DNA of 64,000 nucleotides, from assembly GCA_977030845.1 (NCBI GenBank), contig OZ365118.1:19158001-19222000 (forward strand), written 5' to 3'. The position numbers were made by a program, and so were the translations under genes. The stretch is from Fimbriosthenelais zetlandica (taxonomy: Eukaryota). Of the stretch, positions 26,409 through 41,134 are shown piece after piece (within the stretch, counting starts at the first letter, position 1; every line of letters starts with the position of its first letter). The notes under the pieces are model-generated. The model worked only from the letters and a program-made list of their open reading frames with translations. It was not told the DNA's origin and ran no database searches.

Positions 26409-29363
26409 CTGTAAGGTAGGGAGGATGGGGGGTGAAATGGGAGGGGGAGGTCTGTGAAGTGAGTTGGGTCTCAAGCGACGGAGGTTATATATTAATAATT
26501 AAAGTTCTGTACATCACTTGGCAGTGCCAAATTTACAACTACCTTGGTTACGGTTACCATCTGGGTTGTATCCCCTAGCAACCTTATTACCTTTATGAGT
26601 AAGGTACACACTTCTCACTGTCAGCATGCCGTAGACCTCATTTCCCCTGACCTCTCCCTACCTCCTAGCTGCTGCAGGCTTAACCTGGATAGACTATAGT
26701 AGACTAAATACATCTCATTGCTGCACCCCTCCTCTACAGAGCTGTGTACCGACTGACCCATAGTCCCTGTATACAAGTATCCAGGCTGTGAAACACAGGG
26801 GGGTACAAGGCTTCAAGGCCAGCCTAAAGCCAGCCTGATATACTTGAAACAAAGTAAGAGGCCCAGCAAATGATGAGATGGCCGGAGATGGAGAGATGAT
26901 CCCACTGAGAGGTATTACAGTAGTAAAGATGGACCAGTGAGGCTCACAACCATAAGACAGCCATACTTCTCATTCACTCTATTACACTTCCCCAGAGTCA
27001 AGGCAGATCCGACAAATTTTATGGATTTGACATTTATCTTGAGTTTAGTACCTAACTTCTGGCTTTTGAGATGTGACATTTAGTTGCATCTCTGGGGCCT
27101 GGATAAATATAGTATAAGCTGAAAGTATGATTCGTTATGTGGTCACGTCAGGTGGGATGATTGGATCTGATGGCTTATATGACGAGTGAGATTTGTGTAG
27201 CACGAGGTGCGATAGGCACGAGTGGAATGTATTTACAACTTTACTCAAGTTATGTTAGCTGATTCCCATGCTATATTCCCATTGTAGCCCTAGCTATACA
27301 TACATTTTAGAACGGGACATTTTGTCCTAAATTTAAGCTTAATTTAATGATATACACATATTATACCTTGCCAGATGCTGCACAATTTATTGCCATATGC
27401 AGGTTGATCCAATCAGTAGGAAACAACAATGTAAAGATTTATCAGTATGTGCATGCTTATATTCTTGTCCATCAATACAAATTGTCAATGTTCCTGATTT
27501 CACAAAGGGAACCATTTGTAAGCAGGAACAAATTCAATATATGACAGGCATAAAGATGCACTAATTTTTGTTCAGCAGGAATCTCTAATGTTAAGAGAGT
27601 TAAGAGTGAGCGGCATGGTTGGGTGAGGTGGTAGAGGTGTGTGTATGGAGGGCAGGTAGTCATGTAGAATAACAACTCGGGCCTACATACTACATCATCT
27701 CTACTTGTAACATTCTCAAACCTCAACAGCCTTTTTTAAAGCCGCCTCTTCTTTCAAAGATACATTATTGGAAGCTTCGGCCTTTAGCTCAGGTTCTGGG
27801 CTGGGGCCAAGGTGGAAGTCGACAGTGGGTCAGAAAGTTGGTCTCAATGGACAAACGCCAAGAACTGGGAGACGCGTCCACCTCCACTTAAACATAAAGC
27901 CTTCAGTTAGCTTGTATAGGTTATAATAGGCGGACTAAAGCTGAATATATAGGTGAGGGTAAATGTGAGAGAGAGGATGGGAAACCGTCATCATTAAACT
28001 ACAGCTTTATCTCACAAATCTCATCTCAACTTCAGGACAGCATTGTAAGTTAGTCCTAAAGTGGAATAAAACTTCAAGTGTTCGCTGAACAGTTAACTGG
28101 TTCAGGAATAGCCTTTGTGGCGAGAATAAGGGGAGATAAACATGATATCTGAGGACAATGTGGTGCAAGGCAAAGTCAGACATAGAGTTATGGTCTCAGA
28201 GATCCAGTTTAACTTGTGTAGTTCAGCTTGTGTGTTTCTAAAGTTGGTAACACAGTGAGAATCATCAGGTCAGGCCGTATGAAGCCTACGTAAGCCTGAG
28301 TGGACATTTAGACTCTTCAAGAATCTCTCCACATATCTGATATCATGAAGTACAGGTGGTGTGAATGTGAGCTATGTATCACGCACCCACAGCCTCCAAC
28401 ATCAAACCAAGCAGAAATCAGACTTACATTCTCTAACACTCATCTCTCTCTGCTCAAAGGCACCGACAAATGCGCAATGAGATTTTCTAAACAAACTCAT
28501 AGCCACAGCATCCTTTTGCTACCAGCTGATTTTGCCAAAGAAAAAACATTATCAGGATGGCCAACGATAACATCTCTTTGCTATTTAACAGATTTCTAGG
28601 AAAAGAGTCTGGCCGGTGGATTCTCCATAGCATATTTCTTAATGTTTAGTGGCACTGAGGGGGGTTTTTGGTTGCTGACTGGTTTTGCTATTCTTTGCAA
28701 GCTTGACAAAAACTACAAGTGTCCTGGGGATGAAGGGGTGGGTGGTGGTGGATCCCAGACGTAGTGAGGGAGCGAGCCGGGAGGGGGCTGGGAGCGAGCA
28801 GGGGTCAGGGAGAGGCTGGGAGGGGAGGGGTGGGGGGATGTCTTGATTGTCACTGTTTATGCCAGTTTGCTGGCCAAGGCTACAGACAAAGACTGGAGGT
28901 GATCAATAGAGCTGCGTGAAGGCTGAAGCCAAGGCGGCCGGGCAGCGATAACCACAGATAAAATGTTCAAAGTCTGGGTGGCTTCTTACTTCACATGTTA
29001 ACAATGTCTTACCAGACCTCCCACTAAAGGGTTAAAGGAAGGGGGAGGGTGTGTTTGTGGGCAGGGGGGAGGGGGATTAGTGAGGACACATTAAGGTGGA
29101 TTATATAACAGCTGGGTTCAGTAGAGGTGAGATTATGTGAGTGGGTGGATTAACAATGAGGTCTGTTCTATATAAATGGACCCCGACCATCCACAATAAT
29201 AAAGCTCATTGATCCAATATTGTATCATTTACACCTGGAATAAATCAACAATAAAAGCATTCATAACTAAATAACAGATCTATATTGAGTTAATCAGGGT
29301 TTCATAAGATATAACCCTGTTTATTATGAAATGATTTGGGGTTATTACATATAATATAATTAC

Positions 29364-30359
29364 CTCATTTGGCATCTTGAGTTTGGCCATCTTATGTCTG
29401 GAGCCGTTGTCGCCTGAGCCGTCCTTTCTCTTGGTCAAGCCGTTCATGGTAACACTCATTGGTTTGATAAAGTTGCGGTCACCCCCGCCGTCCTTCACAC
29501 TGGGAGCTGGCCCACCACTGGCCTTCACTGGGGTTTTATTTAACGCTTCAGATCGACCAGAAGATTCAGAAGAAGTCTGTCTGTCGACTGAGCGTTTTGG
29601 TGATTTGTTATTGGATTGACTTGCTTTTATTGGTCCACTCGGGGCTAGTTTATCACTAGGGGCAGTAGCTTGACTGCCCTTACCAGCACCTTTCTGGTCC
29701 GCATTGTTACTGGATGATTTAGATGCACTGTGTCCCTCTCGTATCTCTTGACTAGACTTTGACTCGGATCCATTAGAGTGATCTGCACGGTCATTGCGAC
29801 TGTTGTCGCGTTCGCGTGACATTCGTTCCTTGTTGACGGTTTTCTTGTCTTGCTCATGGTGGGACTTGTTGTGCTTCGTGTTTCCTGCTTCAGGCTCAGA
29901 GCTCACACTTCTCCGGCCTCGTTCCTTCCCCCGCTCCTTGTGTCGCTCACCTGACCTGCTATCTCGCCGGTTTTTACGATTACCAGCCTGTCCACCGTTA
30001 TTATCAGACGTTAAGAATTTATCAAAGACGTTATCCCGGTCCCGCGGGTCTTTGACTTTGTTCTGTTTCTGGAGTTCACCGTTCTGTTGCTGGGTGGGGG
30101 CGTGTCGACCACGGTCACCACTGCTCCCAATCTTGTGATCCTTCTCTCGGTTGTTCTTCGGGGTTGTGTGTTTATCTTTGGGGTCTGATTTGGCTGGTGG
30201 TGTTGGGAAGAGACTGCCGTCAGGTTTGGTTCTCACAGGTGTGTTAGGTTGGTGGATGGCACCGATGATGGAGGGGTGTGACACTAGTGGCTTCACCTCT
30301 TCATAATTCCCCAGCACTTTATTTATAAGACTGTGCATCGGATCTTTGGGCCGGTTCAT
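29364..30359 (-). CDS. AFF4: AFF/lilli large coding exon 3 (332 codons)
   Basis: Open 996-nt exon, phase 0/0, with tttttcag acceptor and GTAATT donor. INKVLGNYEEVK matches the AFF IQSMLGNYDEMK motif, and it ends in a KLKMP motif like AFF4 KLKIP. Confidence 0.92.
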
Positions 30360-31757
30360 CTGAAAAATGAAAACAGCATGAATCAAAACCTCATCACTAA
30401 CATGACCTTTCTTCAGGAGGAGAATTATTTGTAATGATTCAACAAACGCTTCATACTAAGACAATGTTTATATAACATGGGTTTGCATATTAACCAAACA
30501 AATGTAAAATAGACACATCATTTAACCGAGCAAATAGCATGAGTAAAGTTTGTTTGCATCTGTTGGTCAGATAGGGGGTAATATTTATAAATTGCGTGTA
30601 TATATGACTGTAAGTAAGTACTGGGAGTGTGTGGTGAAAACAGTAGGTGTGCAACAACTGTGCTTGGATCATCTCAGCCTAGTTGTGGGGCATGAGAAGC
30701 TCGGTACACCCTGACTTGTAAACAGGGAGAGGTGAGCTGCTCATGGTTCTGTACTAGGACGACTTCCGTGAGCTGGTGGGGGAGTGGGGGGTGATAACTC
30801 ACGTGGTTGAGGAGAGGGGTAAGTTAGCTAGAGTAACCTAAGACACACTTCACCTTCATGAGCAACTCGTGAGCTTCACCTGTATTGCTCGGGCCATGAT
30901 AGGTCTAACATCGCATTAACAGACCATCACAGTGGTGTGAGACATGAAAATGATGCAATCAAGCTGGACCTGGGTCCATTTACTGGTCTAATAATGTCAT
31001 TCTCCACCAACAACTGCCCAACTCTCAAACTTAACTTCCAATGTCTCACCTAATGATGAGGTCAATTACTCAGGGAAGTTAACATTTATAAAGTATTTTA
31101 CCTGCACTGAGTCATTCACTGTTTAGAAGTGTAGATCACTAGATCCCACTTTTTCAGATCAAAAAGTTCGTGTTAATGATTCTTTGGTTGTTCATATAAA
31201 AAAAAATGTGATTACTCAGTACTAAGACAGATCTGAAGTATGGTGACACGAAAAATGACACGAGAAAAGCAGATTACAAGCTTTCCATGTAAGTATGTGT
31301 TGATGCAATAAGGATGTTATCCTTGGGGCAATGTGGGACAAGCATGTCTTTAGAAAGTACCAGGGTCGCACGAGGAATGTTTATCTTTCTAAATTGATCT
31401 AAGTAACGTCATAAGACAAGATTCAGTATGTAGTGGCCATGCACGGTGGGCATGATAAGTGTTGATAGCCTGCCAAGTGGTCTTATTTAGGTATGAATAA
31501 TTTATCATGCTACTTTTTAAGGTTTGTTTCCTTCACTCTTCACAGCGACAGCTAAGTCCGGGTTTTTATTTTACCTTGAATCAGAGTGATGCTAGGCCAG
31601 ATGTCTTTATCTATTAATCAGATATTTTGGAACTAATTTCCAGTTTGGCGAGAGTTTATAGTGGATATATATAGGATAGTGTGGACCAGTTTAGACCCGT
31701 TTTGGGATGTGTTGAGTGATTTATTGGCCTATTTTTTTGTTTTATTTTTCTACTCAC

Positions 31758-31881
31758 CTTGATGGGTTTGCCAAAGAGGGGAGCGGGCTGGCTATCGGCC
31801 GGCTCCTGCAGGCTCTGAGCCTCCTTGAGCCGGGACTGCTGAGCCTGCTCCTTCAGGCGCTTCCTATCCACCATGCTCGAC
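31758..31881 (-). CDS. AFF4: AFF/lilli coding exon 2 (SSMVDRKRLKEQ...PAPLFGKPIK)
   Basis: gttttgcag acceptor and GTGAGT donor, 124 nt. PLFGKPIK matches the AF4/FMR2 N-terminal PLF(A/G)EPYK motif. Confidence 0.9.
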
Positions 31882-34800
31882 CTGCAAAACATGACAATTA
31901 CTCACTCAATCACAAACTCATGTAATATCATAACAAACATCCCATCAAACAAATGAGAAATGAGGTAAATCAATGCATTTCCAAAGAAAGTTTTAACAGG
32001 CGGGAGAGCGACAACATAGTATTTGTATTTCAACATTTTAATATTTCATGAATATCGATATGATCCATAACTCTTCTCTCCCATAGAATTAATCCAAAAT
32101 ACTACTCAGTAACCATAACGGAGTGCATTCTGACATTTGAAAAGTTCAACACAGACACGTGTAGCGACACACTCTGTTAAATGTTTTTAAAGAGCTGCCA
32201 ATTATTATGTTCTTCGTTCAAAGCAAAGACACACAATATGGAGAAGGAAAAGATCGGGACAAGTAAAGATTTTTCTATCAACTCCAGACGAAAGTGATAA
32301 GTGTGATTAAACAGGTGTACATGTGAAGTTCCCGAGGTTTGAAAAATCAAAAAAGGCATCATGTTTTGTCACGATGCAAGATTGTAAAGATAAGTGAGAC
32401 AGGATATATGTTATATTCTATCACAGTCATCGGAAGCATGATTGAATGAATCAGGAATAAATTCAGATCAATACCACATGTTGTGTGTTTCTTTACCATT
32501 TTCACAGGCTACTATGACTTTTGTATGTAAATAAATTTTTAATGTACTCTAAACGGAGCACGAAAAATCAACAAGTAAATATGAGATGGTAGATGAACAG
32601 GCAGGCTATGTGACCCACTTCTGTATGTATACACATGTCCATCAAATGGTAGAGGAGCGAGTATGATAATATACTGTATAAATTAGTCAAGCTTCAATTT
32701 ATTCAGCTGCCTTTTGCACCTATAAATGCCTGGAATCGTAGACCCATAAATTACTCGTTAGGCAGAAAACCTGAATAAGGAATACACTCCTGGGTCGTGA
32801 ATGATAAATGATAATATTTATTAAACAAAATAAACCTTATTTATTATCAGTTACGGGAGGATTAGCATGGTTTCAGATCATAACGTGTAAATTAATCAAA
32901 AGAATTATATTTTCCACCAATAATTATATGGAACAATTTGTATGAGCTTTCACACCAGTTCACGGTTATGACTCTTTGTGCCTGTTCCCCTTCTTTTCCT
33001 CTCATAATGATATAGAATTAGGCATGGACGGGGCTGAAGCAATTCACTCAACCTCCTTTCCAGCAGTGTTACAAATTACAGGCAAATTGCCTCATTATTA
33101 CATTATTTTTCTTGACAAAAACAGTGTAATGTTATTGCTGTGTGTAAAAACACGCAGGCTATCTAATCAGGACTCCCGGTCAAGGACAATGACCTCTTTG
33201 TGTCATATATCACATGAACTATCAGTTTTTTTAACCTACACACTTAACAAGCTTGTAGACAAGATGGGAACCTGATTTCATCCTGAGGAGGATCTCCCAA
33301 TATCTCAACTAAACTTGAAATATAGTTCAGGCACGGTGTGTTTTGAAATAGTTGACTATTCTATAGCAACTAAACGATAATGACCATGATAGGACCGTGC
33401 GATATAGCAAAACAAGATCATTGCTTTGGGAAATCTGAAGCTAAATCAGGTTGAAATATTTCAATATTATGATATCAAGTTTCTTCATGTTTGTTTTTGT
33501 ACTTGGCGGAGTTCACTGGGTTTTAACTACAGTAGAATTTGTGTGGAGGTAATGGTATTCAGTTCATGTCTAAATACCAGGCGTTATTGTTGTAACGATT
33601 TAGCGGAGGATACTAAGCTTAATATTATATTCCAGGCCTGCACTCAACATGAGGTTTACCTTTGATTGTACAGGTGTACGAGCACAAATAACTGTACACC
33701 AATAATCTGTGATGATCAATAAACGATGTGAGATAGATGTAAGATAGGAGGCTTCAATGTGTACAAAACGGTGAGAGGAAAACGAGGTAAATATTATACA
33801 TGAGGCTGGCATCTACTCCTCTCACTCACTATAGTGAACATTAAAACATAATGATCACATGTCTGGCCTGTTACATCATGCCTATCACCACCATCTGTTA
33901 CTTACCTATACATGTATATAATTATATATATATACTACTGAAGCTAATTACTGCCTGTGCTTATTTTAGTGTATAAAGGCTAAGTGTTCTGTCAGATTTT
34001 GTATAAAGATTTTTGGATCAGACCCGGTATTAAGACATTGACATGGAAGCCACAATAATACTTCAATCACAAACTGACAAAGACTACTTTCGTAAATTAA
34101 AAATTTGTAAATTAATAATTATTTCAAATTTCTTTGCGCACTTGATCTGATTAAGAAGAAGCAGGAGATTTGGTTGGGGAATTGGAATGGTTCCATCAGT
34201 TCTGTTTAGTCTTTCACACTAAAACTGCAACTGGAAACTTATCTTATCTTCAGCCATTGCAACAAAATAAGTATCTATGTCTTGGTACCAGGGTAGTTGT
34301 GAAGCGGTTGAGCGAGGAGTCTAGATTTGGCTGTCATTCTATCACCACAATGTCCCATTCACACTCCACACTAAGCCAGTCCAACAATTTTTTTAACGCA
34401 ACATTTCCTTTCTCCAAATGTTCAGTACAACCAATATAACTTTAGGAGTATGATACTTCAAGTCTTGTGTATATATACACCAGTATATAGTGCACACAAC
34501 CTCAGAGAATGCATGTAATTCAGTAAAGCATATGATTTCCATTTCTTGATTTAATTGCCAATGACACATGAGTTAGAAGGAATGATAGATATGGCAGACA
34601 CATTTATAGACATGTTGGTTCAATATAATATTGAAAGGTTACATTGTGCCCCGTTCTACATGTGTAATCTTATTTCTAAATGTATCAAAATAAGGCAAAC
34701 ATGCATGGACTAACCCAACATTGGGAGTATTAGCCATGTGTGGTAAACAAGGGTCGATAATAACAAACAGCCTGTTTCTATTTTTTTCTGCTCCGTTTTC

Positions 34801-37800
34801 CTCTTACCGAGTTGGCAGAATTTCACGTGCAGACGATTTCCGTCTGATTGCACGGAGGAAAAGTGGGCTAGATGTCCTGAACTCTGCCCAAGTTTTTTTG
34901 TACCCAATCTTTTCTTTTTTTTAATTCTAGACTCTTTCCTTACTGTACAAAATAAACATGATACACTCAGTATAAAATTTATCCCTTGTTGATTCCAATC
35001 TGAGTATTTTATATGATATCAAGCATTATGCAGTATAGAATTTAGAAAAGGTATTTTAAGTAAAATAGCTGGAAAACCTGCCATTTAACCGATATGGCAG
35101 TTCAGCAGCCTCAGCAGCCTAATAAATGATGCCCACATCCTACTATTGGCACTAGACCACTATCAAGTACGGCCTGATAGAGCAGTGGGAGAAAAATAGA
35201 GGAAAAGATGCTGATTTAGCTTTAGCTTTTATATCTTTCTTCACTGAGTCTATAGCGGTTAACAACATGGCCTGCAGCTCTGTCATAGTCATACGTCACG
35301 CAGACATTGACTACTGCCGCCTTGTACGGCGTCTGCTACTGTATTCTCTATCACATATATACCTCAGGTATAGCGCTAAATATCAACTACTTATGTATCG
35401 TTTGTTTAAAGTGAGAAGTATTTGTAATTTATATGTATCTGAGTTTAGTCAGTAACAATGCCCTGTGGCAAGAGTTGGGAGGAAGGTCACTGGCCTAGGG
35501 AAATATCATAGCCCGCTGATTCAAATGATTTCTTACAAATTGTACAAATTTCTGGCAAATTGTGGCAGTCTTGCAATCAGTCTTCAAGCAAGATTTATGT
35601 GAAATGTCTGCAGAGAAATCTCTATGCTACCATATCATTCTTGTGCTGCACCCAGACTCTCTCCGCCAATGTTTTCCCCCTGGAGCACCAACAGTTGTGG
35701 CCTCTAATTCTGCTGCTGAATCCCCCCCGGCGACTCCTCTCACTGACTACCTCCACGTATTGTGCCATCTTTACTGTGTTAAGTGCTAACTTTTAGATGA
35801 TTTATAAATCTCTATGGCTGACTTATGGAAATAAATCTCTCAGCTTTTTACACCTCTTGGTCATTTCCTTGACCGCAGGTCATTTGCCTCGGAGGCTTTA
35901 CCATATCATTGGTTGTGATCAGAAAATTAAATTTCAAAGTACACAGCAATGGTTTGTTCCTCTAATAGATCTAGTCTGATTCTTGTCAGCTAGGTATAAT
36001 GGAGCAAGTGTATCAAAAGCCTTGAGATATGTTCCATAATTTAGCTACTAAATTCTATTCGGCTCAGCACAGCGTTTATGCGTAAATGTTGAAAAGAAAT
36101 TACCAAGGATATTGCACATATTGAAGTACATGTATATTGAATTAGAGCCAAGGCAGAAGGACGTTTAAAATATGTCTATGAATAATTTCCTATCAATCCA
36201 CAAGTCCTAAACAATACTAGCGTAATGAACATGGCACATGACTCAAGTTAAAGCTACTATTAAGGAAATGCTATTATGGGAGCTGATAATGATGGCATCT
36301 TGCTTCTGTGGCCGCCGTGAAAGGAGAAAGTAAAGGAGTAAGTCATTTGTCTGGGGGTCTGTGTTACGTCTCTCTGTCTGCTAGTCTGCCAGTAGTGGCG
36401 GCCTATAGTACACACTTGATCAGAATACAGCTCACAGATATTGAGTAACTCTTACTCCTGCTCCCTCTACACCAGCCATTACAACAGTCTAGACTCGTCT
36501 CCTCCTCCTGTCTCAGACACGGACATGTTACACCACAAATACTCCATCTATCTCCCCGTATGGAGAAAACTCCGACAAAAGAATATTACTTTACATGTGC
36601 AATATGTACCACAGAAATGGCGTTAGGAAATATGACCAAGTTACATAATCACAACAATGCCATTATTAATTAATGAAATCCGAAGACAAATAGATTTTAA
36701 TTATCAAGATGTCTAAATCAATGTCTAATCAATGTCTAAATGGACCTTTTCCTGTTGACCACGCTGGTCTTTTCATCTAGAGAAACCACAGGTGTAAATA
36801 TAGTTGGTGTGAATTAACAGTGGGAGGTATGCTTTATGCATTCCATCGAGGAGGTATTTAGTGATGGTGTGGGATATTGTATAAATATATCACAGGACTG
36901 GGATATTTTTGGAGAACACTTAATCAGAGTGGTCTCCTGCCATGTATTTCCGGGCAGACTTCTGGTTATAAATACTGCAGACTACGACAAACTTCCTATT
37001 CTGGATTTGTGGATAAAAATACTGCGGACTAATATTAATAACATCCAAGCATGTTGTATAAAAAAAAACCCAAGAAAATTGGAAACTGAAAACCATGGCT
37101 ACAATTTAAAACTTGTGAGGCTTGTAGTCTCTTTACTGTGTGAGGAATGTTAAAAATAAAATGGCACATCTCCAGGTAATCTATTGTGAATAACTCTCAT
37201 TGCTGTCCGTGGATACCTCAGATAAATCAATTTGTAGGCCTCATTTTTTATGACTCGTCTTTGGTGAGAAAAAACAAGCTTGGGATACTCTTCAAGTCCG
37301 TCCCACCTGCCTTCATTTTTCACACTTATTTTTACCGACAGACTTCACTTTTGATGGTGTAGATAAGGGGTACCATGCATGAAGAACTGTGTCGATGTGA
37401 AGAAAAGAAGGAAACTTAAAAATACATAAAGTCACCGAGGCCTTACCCCGAGGCTTTAGCCAGGCCAAGGCAGATAGATCATGAGATGGGACAGAGGTAG
37501 TCTACACAGAAATACCGCCAGGGAATTCAATAAAGTTGTTGGTAAAATATGGGGGAAAGACAACCAATATATGTCTCATAGCATGACATATTTCACCTAC
37601 AGGCCACAGGACTGGATGAAAAACCAAACATATTTTCATTGCCTGTATTCTTGGAATGGGAATTTGACAAGGCATTAATTATACCTAGACTAAAAAAGAA
37701 TGAAAATATACTGGAAGTAAACTTGTTTACCATAACAATGAGTGAGGATTTTCATAACAATACTTATGTAGAAGATAGGCCAGTGCTCACCAGATAGTTT

Positions 37801-40800
37801 AGAAAAGGATCAAAGGGCAAAGTTAACAGATGCCTCAGTACCGTGCGCATATTACCAACACCATGACATTAAAAATACACTATTTTTTTTGTACCTAATC
37901 CTGTTAGAAATCAAAGCTACGCTGTAGATTCCTTAGCAATTATGAAATGTTGTATATATGTCTGGCATTCTGGTGACTGAACCTAGCTGCTAGCCTACAG
38001 TCATCATTGAGAGAAATGTCTCTATTACCACTGACTATTGAAGCTGAGGAAGGGGGAGAGGAAATTAGAGCTTTAAATATCCCACTGCTTGGCAGAGGAA
38101 CAATTTATGTAGTCAGAGAAAAAAAGAAGAGACGAGTGGCTACATTCAGCACTAGAGAGAAGACGAGACGAGTCTCGTCTTCTCTCAGACGGGCTGGAGA
38201 AGAAGAGAAAGAGGAAGAGTGGTAGGAAGGACAGAATCATTGACTCTTTATAACTATTTCCCGTTAATCATTCCACATTTGACCATTACACATGGGAAAC
38301 TTGATATGGTGGACCTGGGGCAAAATATTGACATAAAATCTGACATGGCTTGGAGGTTAAAATGCTTGAGATAAGAAGTGCATCTAATATAAGCCATAAC
38401 TCCATCTGATTTCTTATCAGAGATCAAGATAAGCAGGACTGTGGATAGATGGCTACATTAGAGAGATAGATAATAGAGAGGCGGGCTGGCGGGAGGAGGA
38501 GGCTAAATATAGACCAGTGTAAAGCATGTATCAATTAGCAGATGACGGGGAGAAGTGAGGACGTCTCTGGTCCGACCAAACTTAGCCGTCCACAGTTAGA
38601 ACAAAGAAAGCTTCACATAAAACAAGACTGACCGAAATATTGCGCCTTAATCACCGCTGTCTGCGCGCTCTGACACTGTGACATTGATCACTTACACAGC
38701 TCTACTGCTTAAATCAATCCCTCACACATTTAATACCTGTCATGATTTCATTTTATAAAAATCCCAAAGTCAGAGTTGTACTCTACTGTGGACTATTTCA
38801 TCATCATCAATGAATTATATTTTTCTCCTAGATCCCAATTCTGCTGACTTTTATATCAATGACATTTATGAATACAATTCCTTAGTTGTTTCATTTTGTT
38901 TTTCTTCTGTTTTTGTGATTCTCATTTCTGGATGTTACGACTGGTGAGTGAGAGAGAGGGATGAATCATGTCAGCTCACTGAGTCACTCAGCCTCTCATA
39001 CTGCACATCTAAGAGTGCAACATTCACTCAGTTAAAAGTGGGGAAATGTGAGAGGACAACATCCGATTATAAATTAATCAACTCTGGCAGAGATGGAAGG
39101 ATTAATGAGGAAATAATGAGCCAGGTGAAGTAAAAAATGTATCCTCATTCCTTAGCAAGGAAATTCTACCTACTTTATGATTTAAAATTAAATTGTCGAA
39201 ACTTTACCTACTCTATCGTACAGCACATAGTAAACTTTATAATTCTAGGCTCCTCAACTGGCAGCAGATTATTTCCTGAATACATGTCAGTAGATATTTG
39301 ACAAGCAGCCGGCGTAGGTAAATACAGTGATTGAGATGTATATTCATATTTCATAAGGAAGGCGTAGTAGAGGGATGAAGATAGTCTACTAATGTCATCT
39401 AAAACACGGAGCAGACCATGAATTATTACATGTAAATATTGTAATTGATTCATTGGTTGAGAGATCATTGCTGAGGCTGGGGAACACATGCTGGCGGTGG
39501 TAAAATATCTTCTACAAGATCAATTGGTCGAGTTTATTTGTACACCAAACCTAACCGGGGCTAAACAAGGGAGGAGAAGACATCTTGGGATCAATGGTAT
39601 TCCTAGCTGGCATCAATGGAGAAAGGCAATAATTCATGGATGGTATTTGTAACAAATGATAGGCCGTGATATGTGGGCCAGCTGTGCACTGCCCTACTTC
39701 CTCAGGTAGGCTCCAGGTAGAGAGGGGGCGGGGGTGAAAGGGGGGTGGGGACATGATAGGGCATAGAAAACAGAGATTGAGGGGCGAGAGAAATGGTGGA
39801 GACAGACAAGCAAGGTGTAGTAGGAAAGGTAACAGTATGATATAGGGAAGTAGCAGCAGTAGGCACCCATAACAAAATATGAGGAGAAAAAATAGAGGTG
39901 GAGCTCATAGGGGAAAAAAGTAGATGGAAATGATGTGGTAGACAGGTAGTGTGTGGGATTTCGACTTCACTCCCCCACACCTGTACTGACCGGGCTGTAG
40001 GGGGTGAGGTGTGGGACCAGCAATAAAGGTGTAGGTGGAACTACTCTACCTGATACTACTAATTCTATAGTAACACCCCCCCCCCCCTACCACCGCCCCC
40101 AGCCATTCCAGCTGTCTTCAGACCTGCCTCCTATATATATGTTCTCGTCCTGTACAAAGGTACAATATTTTGTCCACAGTCCGGCAGCTGGCACTCATCG
40201 CCATCAAGCCTTATCATGTATATTAGATCAGTGAAATGCCATACTGATATTTATTATTTGTAACCGGAGACAAATCCTGGGAGAAGAGGTAGTACTGAGC
40301 TGGAGTACAAATGGAGGCGAGTATGAACGGGCCTGTTGTTATATAATATGTCAATAACATGCTGAGCTGGTTGTATTTCAAGTGGCAAAATGTCCACAGA
40401 AAAAGCTAACAGTGCTGATACCATGGGATGGTAAAACCGCCTAATACTGTGTGAATAGATCAGGCGGGTCAATTCATTAATACAGCAAAAGCTCAATTCT
40501 TAATGGATTACAAGATAGATGTTGCCTATTATTAGGCTCAAATATTATCTAGATATTATCTATATTTATTTTAGATTATTAGGATAAATTATTATAGCAA
40601 CCCTGTATAGGTATTTATCTATATTATATTAGCCTAACAATAGGTATTATTTACTATATACAGCCTGCGGCATATAAAATATACTAGTCTTATCCTGAAG
40701 GATATCATGATGTATATTTTAGAGCCGTTATCTACTATGATGATAATATCTTCACTGTATTATCTCATATCGTCACTGTATTTCTTGGGGAATTGTATAC

Positions 40801-41074
40801 AGTATGTCTTCACTGAAGGGCCATTGACTATGGCTGTTCAGTGGCTGAGGCCCATTTCTCCCTAGTGACTATTAAGAGTCTAGACGAGCTCACAGCTGAC
40901 TAGTGACTACAACCAGTCCCAGTAGATCCCGAGTAGTCCACACCTGTATCCTCCCTCCCCCACCAACCTCAGCTAAGATGGTCTCACCTTACCTCCCACC
41001 CCACACAGTCAGACTCCCCATTACCGCCCCGACCCCCAGCAACTCCAGGGTAGCAGGGATGTATACCAGCAGGA

Positions 41075-41134
41075 GGGGGAATGGCTCAGTCAGTTAGTGG
41101 TCCTAAACCATAAGGTACAGGGTTCGAATCCCTG
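41075..41134 (+). mobile_element. tRNA-derived SINE head or tRNA pseudogene
   Basis: GGGGGAA-TGGCTCAGT start (A box at tRNA positions 8-16) and a perfect T-arm CAGGG-TTCGAAT-CCCTG (B box). No complementary 3' acceptor strand and a poor anticodon arm. Confidence 0.6.
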
